A stretch of 64,000 nt of DNA, taken from positions 11,406 to 75,405 of the forward strand of contig CALDWI010000002.1 of assembly GCA_937923795.1 (NCBI GenBank), written 5' to 3'. The notes beneath the pieces were generated by a model that was not told where the DNA came from, did no database searches, and saw nothing but the letters and a program-made list of their open reading frames with translations. Position 1 is the stretch's first letter; every line of letters begins with the position of its first letter. This stretch comes from an uncultured Collinsella sp. (GTDB taxonomy: Bacteria; Actinomycetota; Coriobacteriia; Coriobacteriales; Coriobacteriaceae). Position numbers and translations under genes: made by a program. This document shows positions 1-9,126 of this stretch, piece by piece.

Positions 1-1551
1 GTCACCATGACTGCATGGGACTTCAAGGCCGACGAGAAGGGCATGACCTACCCCGAGCCGATGGACGAGATCCCGGCTGAGTTCGCCGACATCGCTGCCA
101 CCAAGCGCGAGGAGCTCCTTGACGCTGCTGCCAGCTTTGACGACGAGCTCATGGAGAAGATCCTCATGGAGGAGGACTTCACCGTCGAGGAGCTCAAGGC
201 TGCTCTGCGCAAGGGTGTTCTGGCCAACGAGCTCAACCTCGTCTTCGTGGGCTCCGCCTACAAGAACAAGGGCGTTCAGGAGCTGCTCGACGCTGTCGTC
301 GACTACCTGCCCAGCCCGCTCGACGTCGAGGCCGTCACCGGTACCGATCCGGACACCGGCGAGGAGATCCAGCGTCATCCTTCCTTCGACGAGCCCTTTT
401 CTGGCCTGGTCTTCAAGATCATGACCGACCCGTTCGTCGGTAAGCTCACCTATGTCCGCGTTTACTCCGGCCGCGCCGAGTCCGGCTCCTACGTGGTCAA
501 CGCTTCCAATGGTCAGCGTGAGCGCCTCGGCCGCATCCTCGAGATGAACGCCGCCGAGCGTATCGACCGTGACGACGCTGCCGCCGGCGACATCGTCGCT
601 TGCGTCGGCTTCAAGAACTCCACCACCGGTGACACCCTGTGCGCCGAGGGCAAGGAGATCGTCCTCGAGAAGATCGAGTTCGCTAAGCCCGTTATCGACG
701 TTGCCATCGAGCCCAAGACCAAGGCCGAGCAGGACAAGATGTCCCTGGCTCTGACCAAGCTCGCCGAGGAGGACCCGACCTTCCAGGTGTCCACCAACCA
801 CGAGACCGGCCAGACCATCATCGCCGGCATGGGCGAGCTGCACCTCGAGATCATCGTCGACCGTCTGCTCCGCGAGTTCAAGGTTGACGCTAACGTTGGT
901 AAGCCCCAGGTTGCCTACCGCGAGACCGCTGGTCACGACGTCGAGAAGGCTGAGGGCAAGTTCGTCCGTCAGTCCGGTGGTCGCGGTCAGTACGGCCACG
1001 CCGTCATTAAGCTCGAGAAGATGGAGGAGGGCTTCGGCTACGAGTTCGTCAACGCTATCGTCGGCGGCGTCGTGCCCAAGGAGTACATCCCGTCCATCGA
1101 CAAGGGCATCCAGGAGGCCCTGAACACCGGTGTTATCGCCGGCTTCCCGGTCCTCGACGTAAAGGTCACCCTGTTCGACGGTTCTTACCACGAGGTCGAC
1201 TCCTCCGAGGCCGCCTTCAAGATCGCCGGTTCCATGGCTATCAAGGACGCCCTCAAGAAGTCCGATCCGCAGCTGCTCGAGCCGATCATGGCTGTCGAGG
1301 TCGAGACCCCCGAGCAGTACATGGGCGACGTTATGGGCAACCTCTCCGGTCGCCGCGGCAAGATCGAGGGCATGGAGGATCGCAAGAACAGCAAGCTCAT
1401 CCGTGCCAAGGTGCCGCTGGGCGAGATGTTCGGTTACGCTACCGACCTTCGCTCCCAGACCCAGGGCCGTGCATCCTACACGATGCAGTTCGACTCTTAT
1501 GAGCCGGCGCCCAAGTCCATCGTGGACGAGGTCATGAGCAAGAACGCCTAA
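1..1551 (+). CDS. fusA: Elongation factor G, C-terminal ~516 aa (5' end lies upstream of the window)
   Basis: The frame is open from base 1. The translation carries EF-G domain II-V signatures ([52 protein letters not shown]). Confidence 0.95.
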   Translation, partial: VTMTAWDFKADEKGMTYPEPMDEIPAEFADIAATKREELLDAAASFDDELMEKILMEEDFTVEELKAALRKGVLANELNLVFVGSAYKNKGVQELLDAVVDYLPSPLDVEAVTGTDPDTGEEIQRHPSFDEPFSGLVFKIMTDPFVGKLTYVRVYSGRAESGSYVVNASNGQRERLGRILEMNAAERIDRDDAAAGDIVACVGFKNSTTGDTLCAEGKEIVLEKIEFAKPVIDVAIEPKTKAEQDKMSLALTKLAEEDPTFQVSTNHETGQTIIAGMGELHLEIIVDRLLREFKVDANVGKPQVAYRETAGHDVEKAEGKFVRQSGGRGQYGHAVIKLEKMEEGFGYEFVNAIVGGVVPKEYIPSIDKGIQEALNTGVIAGFPVLDVKVTLFDGSYHEVDSSEAAFKIAGSMAIKDALKKSDPQLLEPIMAVEVETPEQYMGDVMGNLSGRRGKIEGMEDRKNSKLIRAKVPLGEMFGYATDLRSQTQGRASYTMQFDSYEPAPKSIVDEVMSKNA

Positions 1552-1611
1552 GTTCGAGCTCCCTGTTACGTAATCCGCGAGAACATCTCTCGCACTCTTT
1601 GGAGGTTTAAG

Positions 1612-1920
1612 TTGGCTACCCAGAAGATCCGCATTCGCCTCAAGGGCTATGATCACGAGGTCGTCGATCAGTCCGCGAAGCTCATCGTTGAGACCGCTCA
1701 GAAGACCGGCGCTCGCGTTTCCGGTCCTGTCCCCCTGCCCACCGAGCGCAACCTGTACACGGTTATCCGCTCGCCGCACGTGAACAAGGACTCCCGTGAG
1801 CAGTTCGAGATGCGCACCCACAAGCGCCTTATCGACATCCTCGACCCCACCTCGGGCACCGTTGATTCGCTCATGCGTCTCGACCTTCCCGCTGGCGTCG
1901 ACATCGACATCAAGCTCTAA
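1612..1920 (+). CDS. rpsJ: 30S ribosomal protein S10 (uS10), TTG start
   Basis: 102 aa with [11 protein letters not shown]...[33 protein letters not shown] lies 8 nt upstream. Confidence 0.97.
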   Translation: MATQKIRIRLKGYDHEVVDQSAKLIVETAQKTGARVSGPVPLPTERNLYTVIRSPHVNKDSREQFEMRTHKRLIDILDPTSGTVDSLMRLDLPAGVDIDIKL

Positions 1921-1942
1921 GCGATATCGCTCATAGCTTACA

Positions 1943-1984
1943 GAGCCCCGCTACCATTACGGTAGCGGGGCTCTTTTGTTTTGA
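1943..1984 (+). terminator. Rho-independent terminator after rpsJ
   Basis: Perfect 13-bp GC-rich stem gagccccgctacc/ggtagcggggctc with loop atta, followed by ttttgtttt. Confidence 0.8.
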
Positions 1985-2035
1985 ATGATGGTTTGGACTG
2001 CCGGGTATTGCTGCCGAGTAGGTGGCTGCGGCGCC

Positions 2036-2812
2036 CTATTCGCTCAAGGGGCGCAGCGATGCCTCCTCAAAATGGAAGGATCGCACGCCGCTTTCCGCTT
2101 CGATACACGCGCGACCAAAGGCATCGACGGTTTTAAAGATGCCACGTGCCAGCTCATGTCCGGCAGGGGAGCGGGCGAGAACGTGTTCCCCGATCCAATT
2201 GAGGTGAGCGATATATTCGTCGTGGACGGGCGCGAGCGGACCGGCGTCTTCTTCCTTGGCGTTGAGGTGTTCTGCCCACGCGTCTACTGCGTTCACGACC
2301 GCGTGATAGACCTCATCGAGGAGCATGTCGACGGCGGGAACGTTCTCGTTGAGATCCAAGAGACCGATTGCCGGCAGGCCGCCATCGGGAACCTCCGAGG
2401 GCACATAGTTCACATTAACGCCAATGCCGCAGACGGCGAAAGGTTTGCCTTCGTTATCGCGTGCGGCCTCGACCAGAATGCCGCCGAGCTTGCGCCCTCG
2501 CGCGACCAGATCGTTGGGCCATTTGAGGTCAATCTCGTTTGCAAGGCCCTGCATTTCGAGCGCCTCGAGCACCGCTAGGCCGCTGACGGCGGCAAGACCA
2601 GAGTACTTTGCAGGATTAACGCATGGGCGCAGAACAATCGAAAGCAATAGGTTGCCGGCGGTTGAATCCCACTTGTGGCCGCGCCGGCCGCGTCCTGCTG
2701 TCTGAGCCCGGGCGGCAAGTCCTGTGCCGTGCGGCGCTCCCTGTTTTCCTGCTTCGAGCAGGTCATCGTTGGTCGATCCGGTTACGTCGACCACCGTTAA
2801 ACGAGAATCCAT
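2036..2812 (-). CDS. birA: Biotin--[acetyl-CoA-carboxylase] ligase, group I (no N-terminal HTH)
   Basis: 258 aa with the GRGRRGHKW biotin/ATP-binding motif and BirA catalytic-domain layout. It is divergent from the fab/acc cluster. Confidence 0.85.
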   Translation of the reverse strand: MDSRLTVVDVTGSTNDDLLEAGKQGAPHGTGLAARAQTAGRGRRGHKWDSTAGNLLLSIVLRPCVNPAKYSGLAAVSGLAVLEALEMQGLANEIDLKWPNDLVARGRKLGGILVEAARDNEGKPFAVCGIGVNVNYVPSEVPDGGLPAIGLLDLNENVPAVDMLLDEVYHAVVNAVDAWAEHLNAKEEDAGPLAPVHDEYIAHLNWIGEHVLARSPAGHELARGIFKTVDAFGRACIEAESGVRSFHFEEASLRPLSE

Positions 2813-2907
2813 AACAGCTGCTACCTCCTAAGGTAATAAGGCAATCGCGTAATGGTGTCGAGAGATAGACACAATGTGAAGCCTTTGTCGCATTTGAACA
2901 ATTTAAT

Positions 2908-2972
2908 GTTAACACGTCAACAACGACTGAAATGCGTTATCCTCTCTTGGTCGATGTAAACACGTCAACAAC
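2908..2972. promoter_or_regulatory. Two copies of a 17-nt direct repeat (GTWAACACGTCAACAAC) upstream of fabH; candidate operator
   Basis: Copies at 2908-2924 and 2956-2972 match at 16/17 positions, 48 bp apart. The second copy abuts the fabH RBS. Confidence 0.35.
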
Positions 2973-2988
2973 TCAAAGGAGGTTAGTG

Positions 2989-3948
2989 ATGGGTTTCACG
3001 ATTCTTGGAACAGGCTCGGCGCTTCCTAAGCGCAGTGTTTCCAATGACGAGCTGTCTGAGTTCCTCGATACCTCGGATGAGTGGATTTTTACCCGCACAG
3101 GTATCAAGAGCCGCCACGTCTGCTCCACCGAGTCACTTGACGACCTTGCCGTAGCGGCGAGCGAGCGGGCACTCCAGGTGTCCGGAATCGACGCGAGCCA
3201 GCTGGATCTGATCGTCTGCTCGACGACAACGGGTGACCATCTCGTTCCCGCCGAGGCATGTGCCGTTGCCGAGCGTCTGGGCGCGACGTGCCCTGCCTTC
3301 GATGTCTCGGCGGCCTGCGCCGGCTTCGTATTTGCGCTCGATGTCGCCGAGGGCTATATCGCCCGAGGACGAGCCAAGCATGTGCTTGTCGTTGCTGCCG
3401 AGCAGATGACGCGCGCGCTTGACTGGACAGATCGCGCCACGTGCGTGCTCTTTGGTGACGGCGCGGGTGCTGCAGTGATAGAAGCTGGGGGAGACAGCCC
3501 CCTTGCCGTCGAGCTTTCGACGGCGCCCGACGTCGAGACGTTGCGCGTTCCCGGTCTGATCGGCACCTCGCCGTTTAAGGACTCCGCAGATAGTGAGAGC
3601 GTGCTGTCCATGAAAGGCCGCCGCGTGTTCAAGTTCGGCGTCAGCGCCATCTGCGACACGGTCCATAAGCTTGCGATCGATGCGCGCATTTCGGTCGAAG
3701 ACATCGATCATTTTGTATTCCATCAGGCTAACGAACGAATCCTGAGTCAGGCGGTCAAGCGCCTCGGCGTGCCAGACGAGCGCGTGGTTCGAACGCTGCG
3801 CGAGACCGGCAACATTTCGAGCGCCTGCATTCCCTTTGCGCTTGACCGGCTGGCACGTACCGACGCACTGACTGCGGGCGACACCATCGCCCTCGTTGGA
3901 TTTGGCGCCGGTTTGGATATAGGTGGCTATTTACTTCGCTGGAAGTAG
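2989..3948 (+). CDS. fabH: 3-oxoacyl-ACP synthase III
   Basis: MGFTILGTGSALPKR...DEWIFTRTGIKSRH plus Cys/His/Asn catalytic-region similarity. AGGAGG RBS before the ATG at 2989; the ORF-track start at 2932 is probably too early. Confidence 0.9.
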   Translation: MGFTILGTGSALPKRSVSNDELSEFLDTSDEWIFTRTGIKSRHVCSTESLDDLAVAASERALQVSGIDASQLDLIVCSTTTGDHLVPAEACAVAERLGATCPAFDVSAACAGFVFALDVAEGYIARGRAKHVLVVAAEQMTRALDWTDRATCVLFGDGAGAAVIEAGGDSPLAVELSTAPDVETLRVPGLIGTSPFKDSADSESVLSMKGRRVFKFGVSAICDTVHKLAIDARISVEDIDHFVFHQANERILSQAVKRLGVPDERVVRTLRETGNISSACIPFALDRLARTDALTAGDTIALVGFGAGLDIGGYLLRWK

Positions 3949-4000
3949 TCGCACATAGGAAATAAAAACGCCCCTAGGGCACAAACAAAGGAGAACTACC

Positions 4001-4237
4001 ATGGCAGATCAGAAGACCTTCGAGCGCGTTTGCGACGTTATCCGCGAGACCGCTGGCCTTGACGACGTCGAGATGAAGCCCGAGTCCACGCTCGAGGAGA
4101 TTGGCCTCGACAGCCTGGGCACCGTCGAGATCCTCGTCGCCGTCGAGGACGAGTTTGGCATTGAGCTCGATACCGAGGAGAACCCCAAGACGGTCGGCGA
4201 GTTCGCCGATACGGTCGAGGCGGCATTGGAGAAGTAG
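4001..4237 (+). CDS. acpP: Acyl carrier protein
   Basis: 78 aa, acidic, with the LGLDSL phosphopantetheine attachment motif. Confidence 0.9.
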   Translation: MADQKTFERVCDVIRETAGLDDVEMKPESTLEEIGLDSLGTVEILVAVEDEFGIELDTEENPKTVGEFADTVEAALEK

Positions 4238-4239
4238 AG

Positions 4240-5184
4240 ATGCTCAAGACTCCTCTCTGCGAGCTGCTCGGCATCGAAAAGCCCGTGTTCCAGGGCGGCA
4301 TGGCCTGGATTGCCGATGCCTCGCTGGCATCGGCCGTGTCCGAGGCCGGCGGGTTGGGAATCATCGCGGCCATGAATGCCGACGCCAACTGGCTGCGCGA
4401 TCAGATTCACGAGCTGCGCACCAAGACGGATAAGCCCTTTGGTGTGAACGTCATGCTTATGAGCCCGTTTGCCGACCAGGTCGCGCAGGTTGTGATTGAC
4501 GAGCGGGTGCCGGTCGTCGTGACGGGTGCCGGCAATCCCACCAAGTACATGAAGGCTTGGAACGACGCCGGCATCAAGGTCATCCCGGTCGTTGCCTCGG
4601 TGGCACTGGCGCGTCTCGTGGCGCGTCGCGGGGCCACCGCCGTGGTTGCCGAAGGCACCGAATCGGGTGGACATATTGGCGAGACATCGACGATGGCGCT
4701 CGTTCCGCAGGTTGTCGACGCGGTCGATGTCCCCGTTGTGGCAGCTGGCGGTATCGCCGACGGTCGCGGCGTGGCAGCGGCCTTTATGCTTGGCGCCGCT
4801 GGCGTCCAGGTGGGAACACGTTTTCTCGTTGCCGATGAGTGTACCGTCTCCGAACAATACAAAGAGCTGGTGCTCAAGGCGGGAGACACCTCGACGCGCG
4901 CGACCGGTCGTTCGACGGGACATCCGGTGCGTGCGCTCAAGAACCCCTTTACCAATGCCTACGCCAAAAGTGAGGCGGCGGGCGCAAGTGCCGAGGAGCT
5001 CGGGGCCATGGGTACGGGCGCCCTTCGCAAGGCCGCCAAGGACGGCAATTACGAAGAGGGTTCGTTTTTGTGTGGGCAGATTGCCGGCATGGTCAACGAG
5101 CGCCAAAGCGCACGTGAAATCGTTGACGACCTGGTCGATGGTGCCGAGCGCGTTCTGAAGGGTGCGTCCACATGGGTAGCGTAG
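4240..5184 (+). CDS. fabK: Enoyl-ACP reductase II, FMN-dependent (nitronate monooxygenase fold)
   Basis: LGIEKPVFQGGMAWI...GGLGIIAA...AAGGIADGRG motifs. Position between acpP and fabD matches streptococcal/clostridial fab clusters. Confidence 0.85.
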   Translation: MLKTPLCELLGIEKPVFQGGMAWIADASLASAVSEAGGLGIIAAMNADANWLRDQIHELRTKTDKPFGVNVMLMSPFADQVAQVVIDERVPVVVTGAGNPTKYMKAWNDAGIKVIPVVASVALARLVARRGATAVVAEGTESGGHIGETSTMALVPQVVDAVDVPVVAAGGIADGRGVAAAFMLGAAGVQVGTRFLVADECTVSEQYKELVLKAGDTSTRATGRSTGHPVRALKNPFTNAYAKSEAAGASAEELGAMGTGALRKAAKDGNYEEGSFLCGQIAGMVNERQSAREIVDDLVDGAERVLKGASTWVA

Positions 5185-6098
5185 CGTTTCTGTTTGCCGG
5201 CCAGGGCGCCCAGCACCCCGCGATGGGCGTCGACTTGATCGAGAAATCGCCGGCGGCCGCCGAGGTGTTCGCCATTGCCGATGAGGTGCGCCCGGGGACG
5301 AGCGGGCAGTGCCGGAGCGCCTCCAAGGAGGAGCTCTCGCAGACCGAGAACACGCAGCCTTGCGTGTTCGTGCACGACCTGGCAGCGGCTACCGCCCTGC
5401 GTGAGCGCGGCGTGGTGCCTGCCGCCTGTGCGGGATTCTCGCTGGGCGAGGTCGCTGCACTCAGCTTTGCGGGGGCATTCGATACGCGAGCGGGCTTTGA
5501 GCTCGTGTGTGAGCGCGCGGCATTGATGGCCACGGCGGCCGAGCGTCACCCTGGCGGCATGCGCGCCGTCATCAAACTTGATGCTGCGCAAGTCGAGAAC
5601 CTGGCTGCGCAGGCCGGCGAGGACTGCTGGCCGGTCAACTACAACAGTCCCCAGCAGACGGTTGTGGCCGGAGCGCCCGATGCGCTGCAGGAGCTCGACG
5701 TCCTAGTAAAAGAGGCTGGCGGCCGCGCTATGAAAGTCGCGGTGTCGGGTGCATTCCATAGCCCCTATATGGCAGAGGCGACTGAGGGGCTGGCGACGTA
5801 TGTCCAAGCCGGCCACGCGCCGTCTCCGCTGCTGATTCCGGTCATGGCAAACATGACGGCGGCGCCCTATCCGGCGGACCCGCGAGCGGCATCGGATGTC
5901 TTGGCCAACCAGGTGAGCCATGCCGTGCGCTGGGTCGACACGCTGCATACTCTGCAGGATCAGGGCATCGACACGTTTATTGAGGTCGGCCCTGGCAAAA
6001 CGCTGTCGGGCCTGGTCAAGCGTACGCTGAGCGACGTTCGCGTGTATTCATGCGAAACGGCCGAACAGGTCGCAGCTATTGCCGACGAGCTCGCATAG
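5172..6098 (+). CDS. fabD: Malonyl-CoA:ACP transacylase
   Basis: FLFAGQGAQ N-terminus, GFSLGE active-site serine motif, AFHSPYM. Confidence 0.9.
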   Translation: MGSVAFLFAGQGAQHPAMGVDLIEKSPAAAEVFAIADEVRPGTSGQCRSASKEELSQTENTQPCVFVHDLAAATALRERGVVPAACAGFSLGEVAALSFAGAFDTRAGFELVCERAALMATAAERHPGGMRAVIKLDAAQVENLAAQAGEDCWPVNYNSPQQTVVAGAPDALQELDVLVKEAGGRAMKVAVSGAFHSPYMAEATEGLATYVQAGHAPSPLLIPVMANMTAAPYPADPRAASDVLANQVSHAVRWVDTLHTLQDQGIDTFIEVGPGKTLSGLVKRTLSDVRVYSCETAEQVAAIADELA

Positions 6099-6128
6099 TC
6101 CACAGGGCTGTAACCCGAAAGGAATGAC

Positions 6129-6902
6129 ATGGGCAACTTGAACAACGGCACGCTCGAGCGCAACGACTCACGTCGCGTGGCACTGGTCACGGGCGGCTCG
6201 CGGGGTATCGGCCGCGCCTGCGCTATCGGTCTGGCGGAGGATGGCTACGATATCGCCGTCGTCTATGCCGGCAGCGTCGATGCGGCGCGCGAGACGTGCG
6301 ACGCCTGCGAGGCGGCTGGCGCCACGGCGCGCTCATATCAATGTGACGTGGCCGACCCCGCTGCCGTCAACGCGTGCGTGGAAGCGGTCCTCAACGACTT
6401 TGGCTCCATTTGGGCGCTCGTCAACAACGCTGGCATCACCCGCGATGGCCTGCTCATGCGCATGGGCGATGACGCCTTCGACCGCGTGCTCGACGTCAAT
6501 CTCAAGGGAACATTCAACATGACGCGCGCGCTCACCAAGACCTTTATGCGCCAGCGCGGCGGCTGCATCGTCAACATGAGCTCGGTTGTAGGCCTGATGG
6601 GCAATGCCGGGCAGGCCAACTACGCCGCCTCCAAGGCGGGCGTCATCGGCCTGACCAAGGCGGTGGCGCGCGAGCTTGCGCCCCGCGGCGTACGAGTGAA
6701 CGCGGTCGCACCCGGGTTTGTCGAGACCGATATGACGGCAAAGCTATCGGATAAGGTGCGTGCGGCGTGCGAGGAACAGATTCCCCTAAAGCGCATGGCG
6801 CGCCCCGAGGAAGTGGCCGGCGTGGTGCGCTTTTTGGCGAGTGATGCGGCTGCCTACATTACGGGCGAGGTCGTGCGCGTCGACGGCGGAATGGCGATGT
6901 AG
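6129..6902 (+). CDS. fabG: 3-oxoacyl-ACP reductase (SDR)
   Basis: TGGSRGIGRA cofactor motif, NNAGI, YAASKAG catalytic motif. Confidence 0.9.
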   Translation: MGNLNNGTLERNDSRRVALVTGGSRGIGRACAIGLAEDGYDIAVVYAGSVDAARETCDACEAAGATARSYQCDVADPAAVNACVEAVLNDFGSIWALVNNAGITRDGLLMRMGDDAFDRVLDVNLKGTFNMTRALTKTFMRQRGGCIVNMSSVVGLMGNAGQANYAASKAGVIGLTKAVARELAPRGVRVNAVAPGFVETDMTAKLSDKVRAACEEQIPLKRMARPEEVAGVVRFLASDAAAYITGEVVRVDGGMAM

Positions 6903-6938
6903 AAACCAGGGCCGAACAACGGCTTGAATGAGGAGACC

Positions 6939-8189
6939 ATGATGGAACAGAGAGTTGCAATCACCGGTATCGGTGCCGTGTCGCCGCTCGGCAACACCGC
7001 GCTTGCCACCTGGGCGGCAATGTGTGCTGGCACGTGCGGCATCGGCCCGATCACGCACTTCGATACCGATGCGTTTGCCGTCAAGGTGGCAGCCGAGGTC
7101 AAGGGCTTTGACGGCAACGAGTACTTTGGCAAGCGTGACGCCAAGCATCTCGACCCCTGCGTTCAGTTTGCGATGGCGGCTTCGGACGAAGCCATGCACG
7201 ATGCGGGCTTTGATGTCGAAGGCGCCATCGATCGCGAGCGCCTGGGCGTCTACGTGGGCTCGGGCGTGGGCGGCATGACGACGCTCGTCGACAACGTCCA
7301 TACGATTGCCGAACGTGGGCCCCGCCGCGCATCGCCCTATATGATCGCGATGATGATTCCCAACATGGCTTCGGGCAACATCGCGATTCGCCATAAGGCA
7401 AAGGGCCCGACCCTGCCCGTGGTGACCGCGTGCGCAACCTCGGCCCATGCGGTGGGCGAGGCGTTCCGCGCCATCAAGCACGGCTATGCCGATGCGATTC
7501 TCGCCGGCGGTGCCGAGGCCGCAATTATCCCCGATGCCGTTGCGGGCTTTACGTCCTGCCGCGCATTGACCACCAACCCTGATCCCGCGACGGCTTGCCG
7601 CCCGTTCGATGCAGACCGCGATGGCTTTGTGATGGGCGAGGGCGCCTGCGTGCTGGTACTCGAGAGCATGGAACATGCGCAGGCGCGCGGTGCGCACATT
7701 TATGCCGAGGTCGTGGGCTACGGCAACACCGATGATGCCTATCACATCACGAGCCCTGATCCCGAGGCTGCCGGCATTGCCCGCGCGATATCGCTGGCGG
7801 TGACCGAGGGCGACGTCAGGCCTTCCGAGGGCCTCTACATCAATGCCCACGGCACATCGACCAAGCTCAACGATTCGTCCGAGACGGCGGGCATTAAGCG
7901 TGCGCTCGGCGAGGACGCGGCGCGCGCCGCGCACGTCTCGTCGACTAAGTCGATGACCGGCCACATGATCGGTGCCACGGGCGCCATCGAGGTCATGGCC
8001 TGCGCCATGGCGCTCGAGCAGGGCGTGGTGCCGCCGACCATTAACTACCACACGCCCGATCCCGCCTGCGATCTTGACTACACGCCCAATCGCGCGGTTC
8101 GCGCCGACCTTACCTGGGCGCTTTCGACCAACCTGGGCTTTGGCGGACACAACGCCGCCATCGCGCTGCGTAGATATACGAGGAGCTAG
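6939..8189 (+). CDS. fabF: 3-oxoacyl-ACP synthase II
   Basis: RVAITGIGAVSPLGN, ACATS active-site Cys, HGTST and GHMIGATG motifs. The ATG at 6939 follows a GAGGAG RBS; the ORF-track TTG at 6924 is less likely. Confidence 0.9.
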   Translation: MMEQRVAITGIGAVSPLGNTALATWAAMCAGTCGIGPITHFDTDAFAVKVAAEVKGFDGNEYFGKRDAKHLDPCVQFAMAASDEAMHDAGFDVEGAIDRERLGVYVGSGVGGMTTLVDNVHTIAERGPRRASPYMIAMMIPNMASGNIAIRHKAKGPTLPVVTACATSAHAVGEAFRAIKHGYADAILAGGAEAAIIPDAVAGFTSCRALTTNPDPATACRPFDADRDGFVMGEGACVLVLESMEHAQARGAHIYAEVVGYGNTDDAYHITSPDPEAAGIARAISLAVTEGDVRPSEGLYINAHGTSTKLNDSSETAGIKRALGEDAARAAHVSSTKSMTGHMIGATGAIEVMACAMALEQGVVPPTINYHTPDPACDLDYTPNRAVRADLTWALSTNLGFGGHNAAIALRRYTRS

Positions 8190-8192
8190 AGC

Positions 8193-8684
8193 ATGGATTC
8201 CAAAAGACTTGCCGAGATAGCCGATGTTATGGAGGACCGCGGCCTCACGCGCGTGCGCGTTGAGGAGCCCGATGGCACCGCGGTCGAGCTCGAGCGCGCG
8301 AGTGCCGCGCAGCCGGTTGCCGTGCCCATACCTATGCCGGGTGCCGTGACTGCTCCGGCGGTGGCTCCTGTCGCCATGCCTGCCACCGCACCGGAGCCCG
8401 CCGCACTGGAGCCCGCCGCGCAGGCGCCTGCCGCCGCACCGGAGCCCAAGGGCGCCGAGGTGACCGCTCCCATGGTCGGCGTTTTCTATGCTGCCCCGGC
8501 GCCGGGCGACGAGCCGTTTGTGCACGTGGGCTCTAAGGTCAAGGCCGGCGAGACCCTCTGCATCATCGAGGCCATGAAGGTTCTCAACGAGGTAACGGCC
8601 GAGGCAGACGGCGAGGTGCTCGAGATCTGCGTGGCCGACGGCGACCTCGTGGAGTTTGGCAGCTGCCTCATGAGGATCGGATAG
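8193..8684 (+). CDS. accB: Biotin carboxyl carrier protein of acetyl-CoA carboxylase
   Basis: Ala/Pro linker followed by CIIEAMKVLNEV, the biotinyl-lysine EAMK motif. Confidence 0.9.
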   Translation: MDSKRLAEIADVMEDRGLTRVRVEEPDGTAVELERASAAQPVAVPIPMPGAVTAPAVAPVAMPATAPEPAALEPAAQAPAAAPEPKGAEVTAPMVGVFYAAPAPGDEPFVHVGSKVKAGETLCIIEAMKVLNEVTAEADGEVLEICVADGDLVEFGSCLMRIG

Positions 8685-9116
8685 GTGATATCCATGAACA
8701 AAGAAGAGCTTAAAGAACTGTTGCCGCATCGCGAACCGATGCTTTTGCTCGACGAGGCCGAGCTGGTGGGCGACGAGGCCCACGGCAAGATCACGATTAC
8801 GGGCGACGAGTACTTTTTGCAGGGGCATTTTCCGGGAAACCCGGTCGTCCCCGGCGTGATTCAGTGCGAGATGCTCGCCCAGAACTGCTGCGTGCTGCTG
8901 ATGGGCGATGAGGAGGCGCGCGGCGCGACGCCGTTCTACACGAGTCTGGACAAGGTGCGCTTTAAGCGTCCGGTGCGCCCGGGCGACACGGTTGATCTGG
9001 TGTGCACCATCACGCGTGCGCGCGGGCCGTTCCGCTTTGCGACGGGTACTGCGAGCGTTAACGGTGAGGTTTGCTGCCGCGCCGATATGTCTTTTGCACT
9101 CATGCACGAAAGTTAA
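8685..9116 (+). CDS. fabZ: 3-hydroxyacyl-ACP dehydratase
   Basis: LPHREPMLLLD...GHFPGNPVVPGV hot-dog motif. GTG start directly after the accB stop. Confidence 0.9.
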   Translation: MISMNKEELKELLPHREPMLLLDEAELVGDEAHGKITITGDEYFLQGHFPGNPVVPGVIQCEMLAQNCCVLLMGDEEARGATPFYTSLDKVRFKRPVRPGDTVDLVCTITRARGPFRFATGTASVNGEVCCRADMSFALMHES

Positions 9117-9126
9117 GGAAGGCTTC

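Noticed and set aside
1985-2578. 197-aa plus-strand ORF overlapping birA
   Set aside because: It lies antisense to birA, which has the GRGRRG biotin-ligase motif. No RBS or motif supports it.
8908-9126. N-terminal extensions of ORF-track models: accC from 8908, ygfK from 32313, ygeW from 44025, ygfJ from 45464, ridA from 27755, rplB from 17547, EIIC from 12024
   Set aside because: The extensions overlap upstream genes or intergenic structures, are Arg-rich nonsense, and end at internal ATGs preceded by good RBSs where the homology-like sequence begins.
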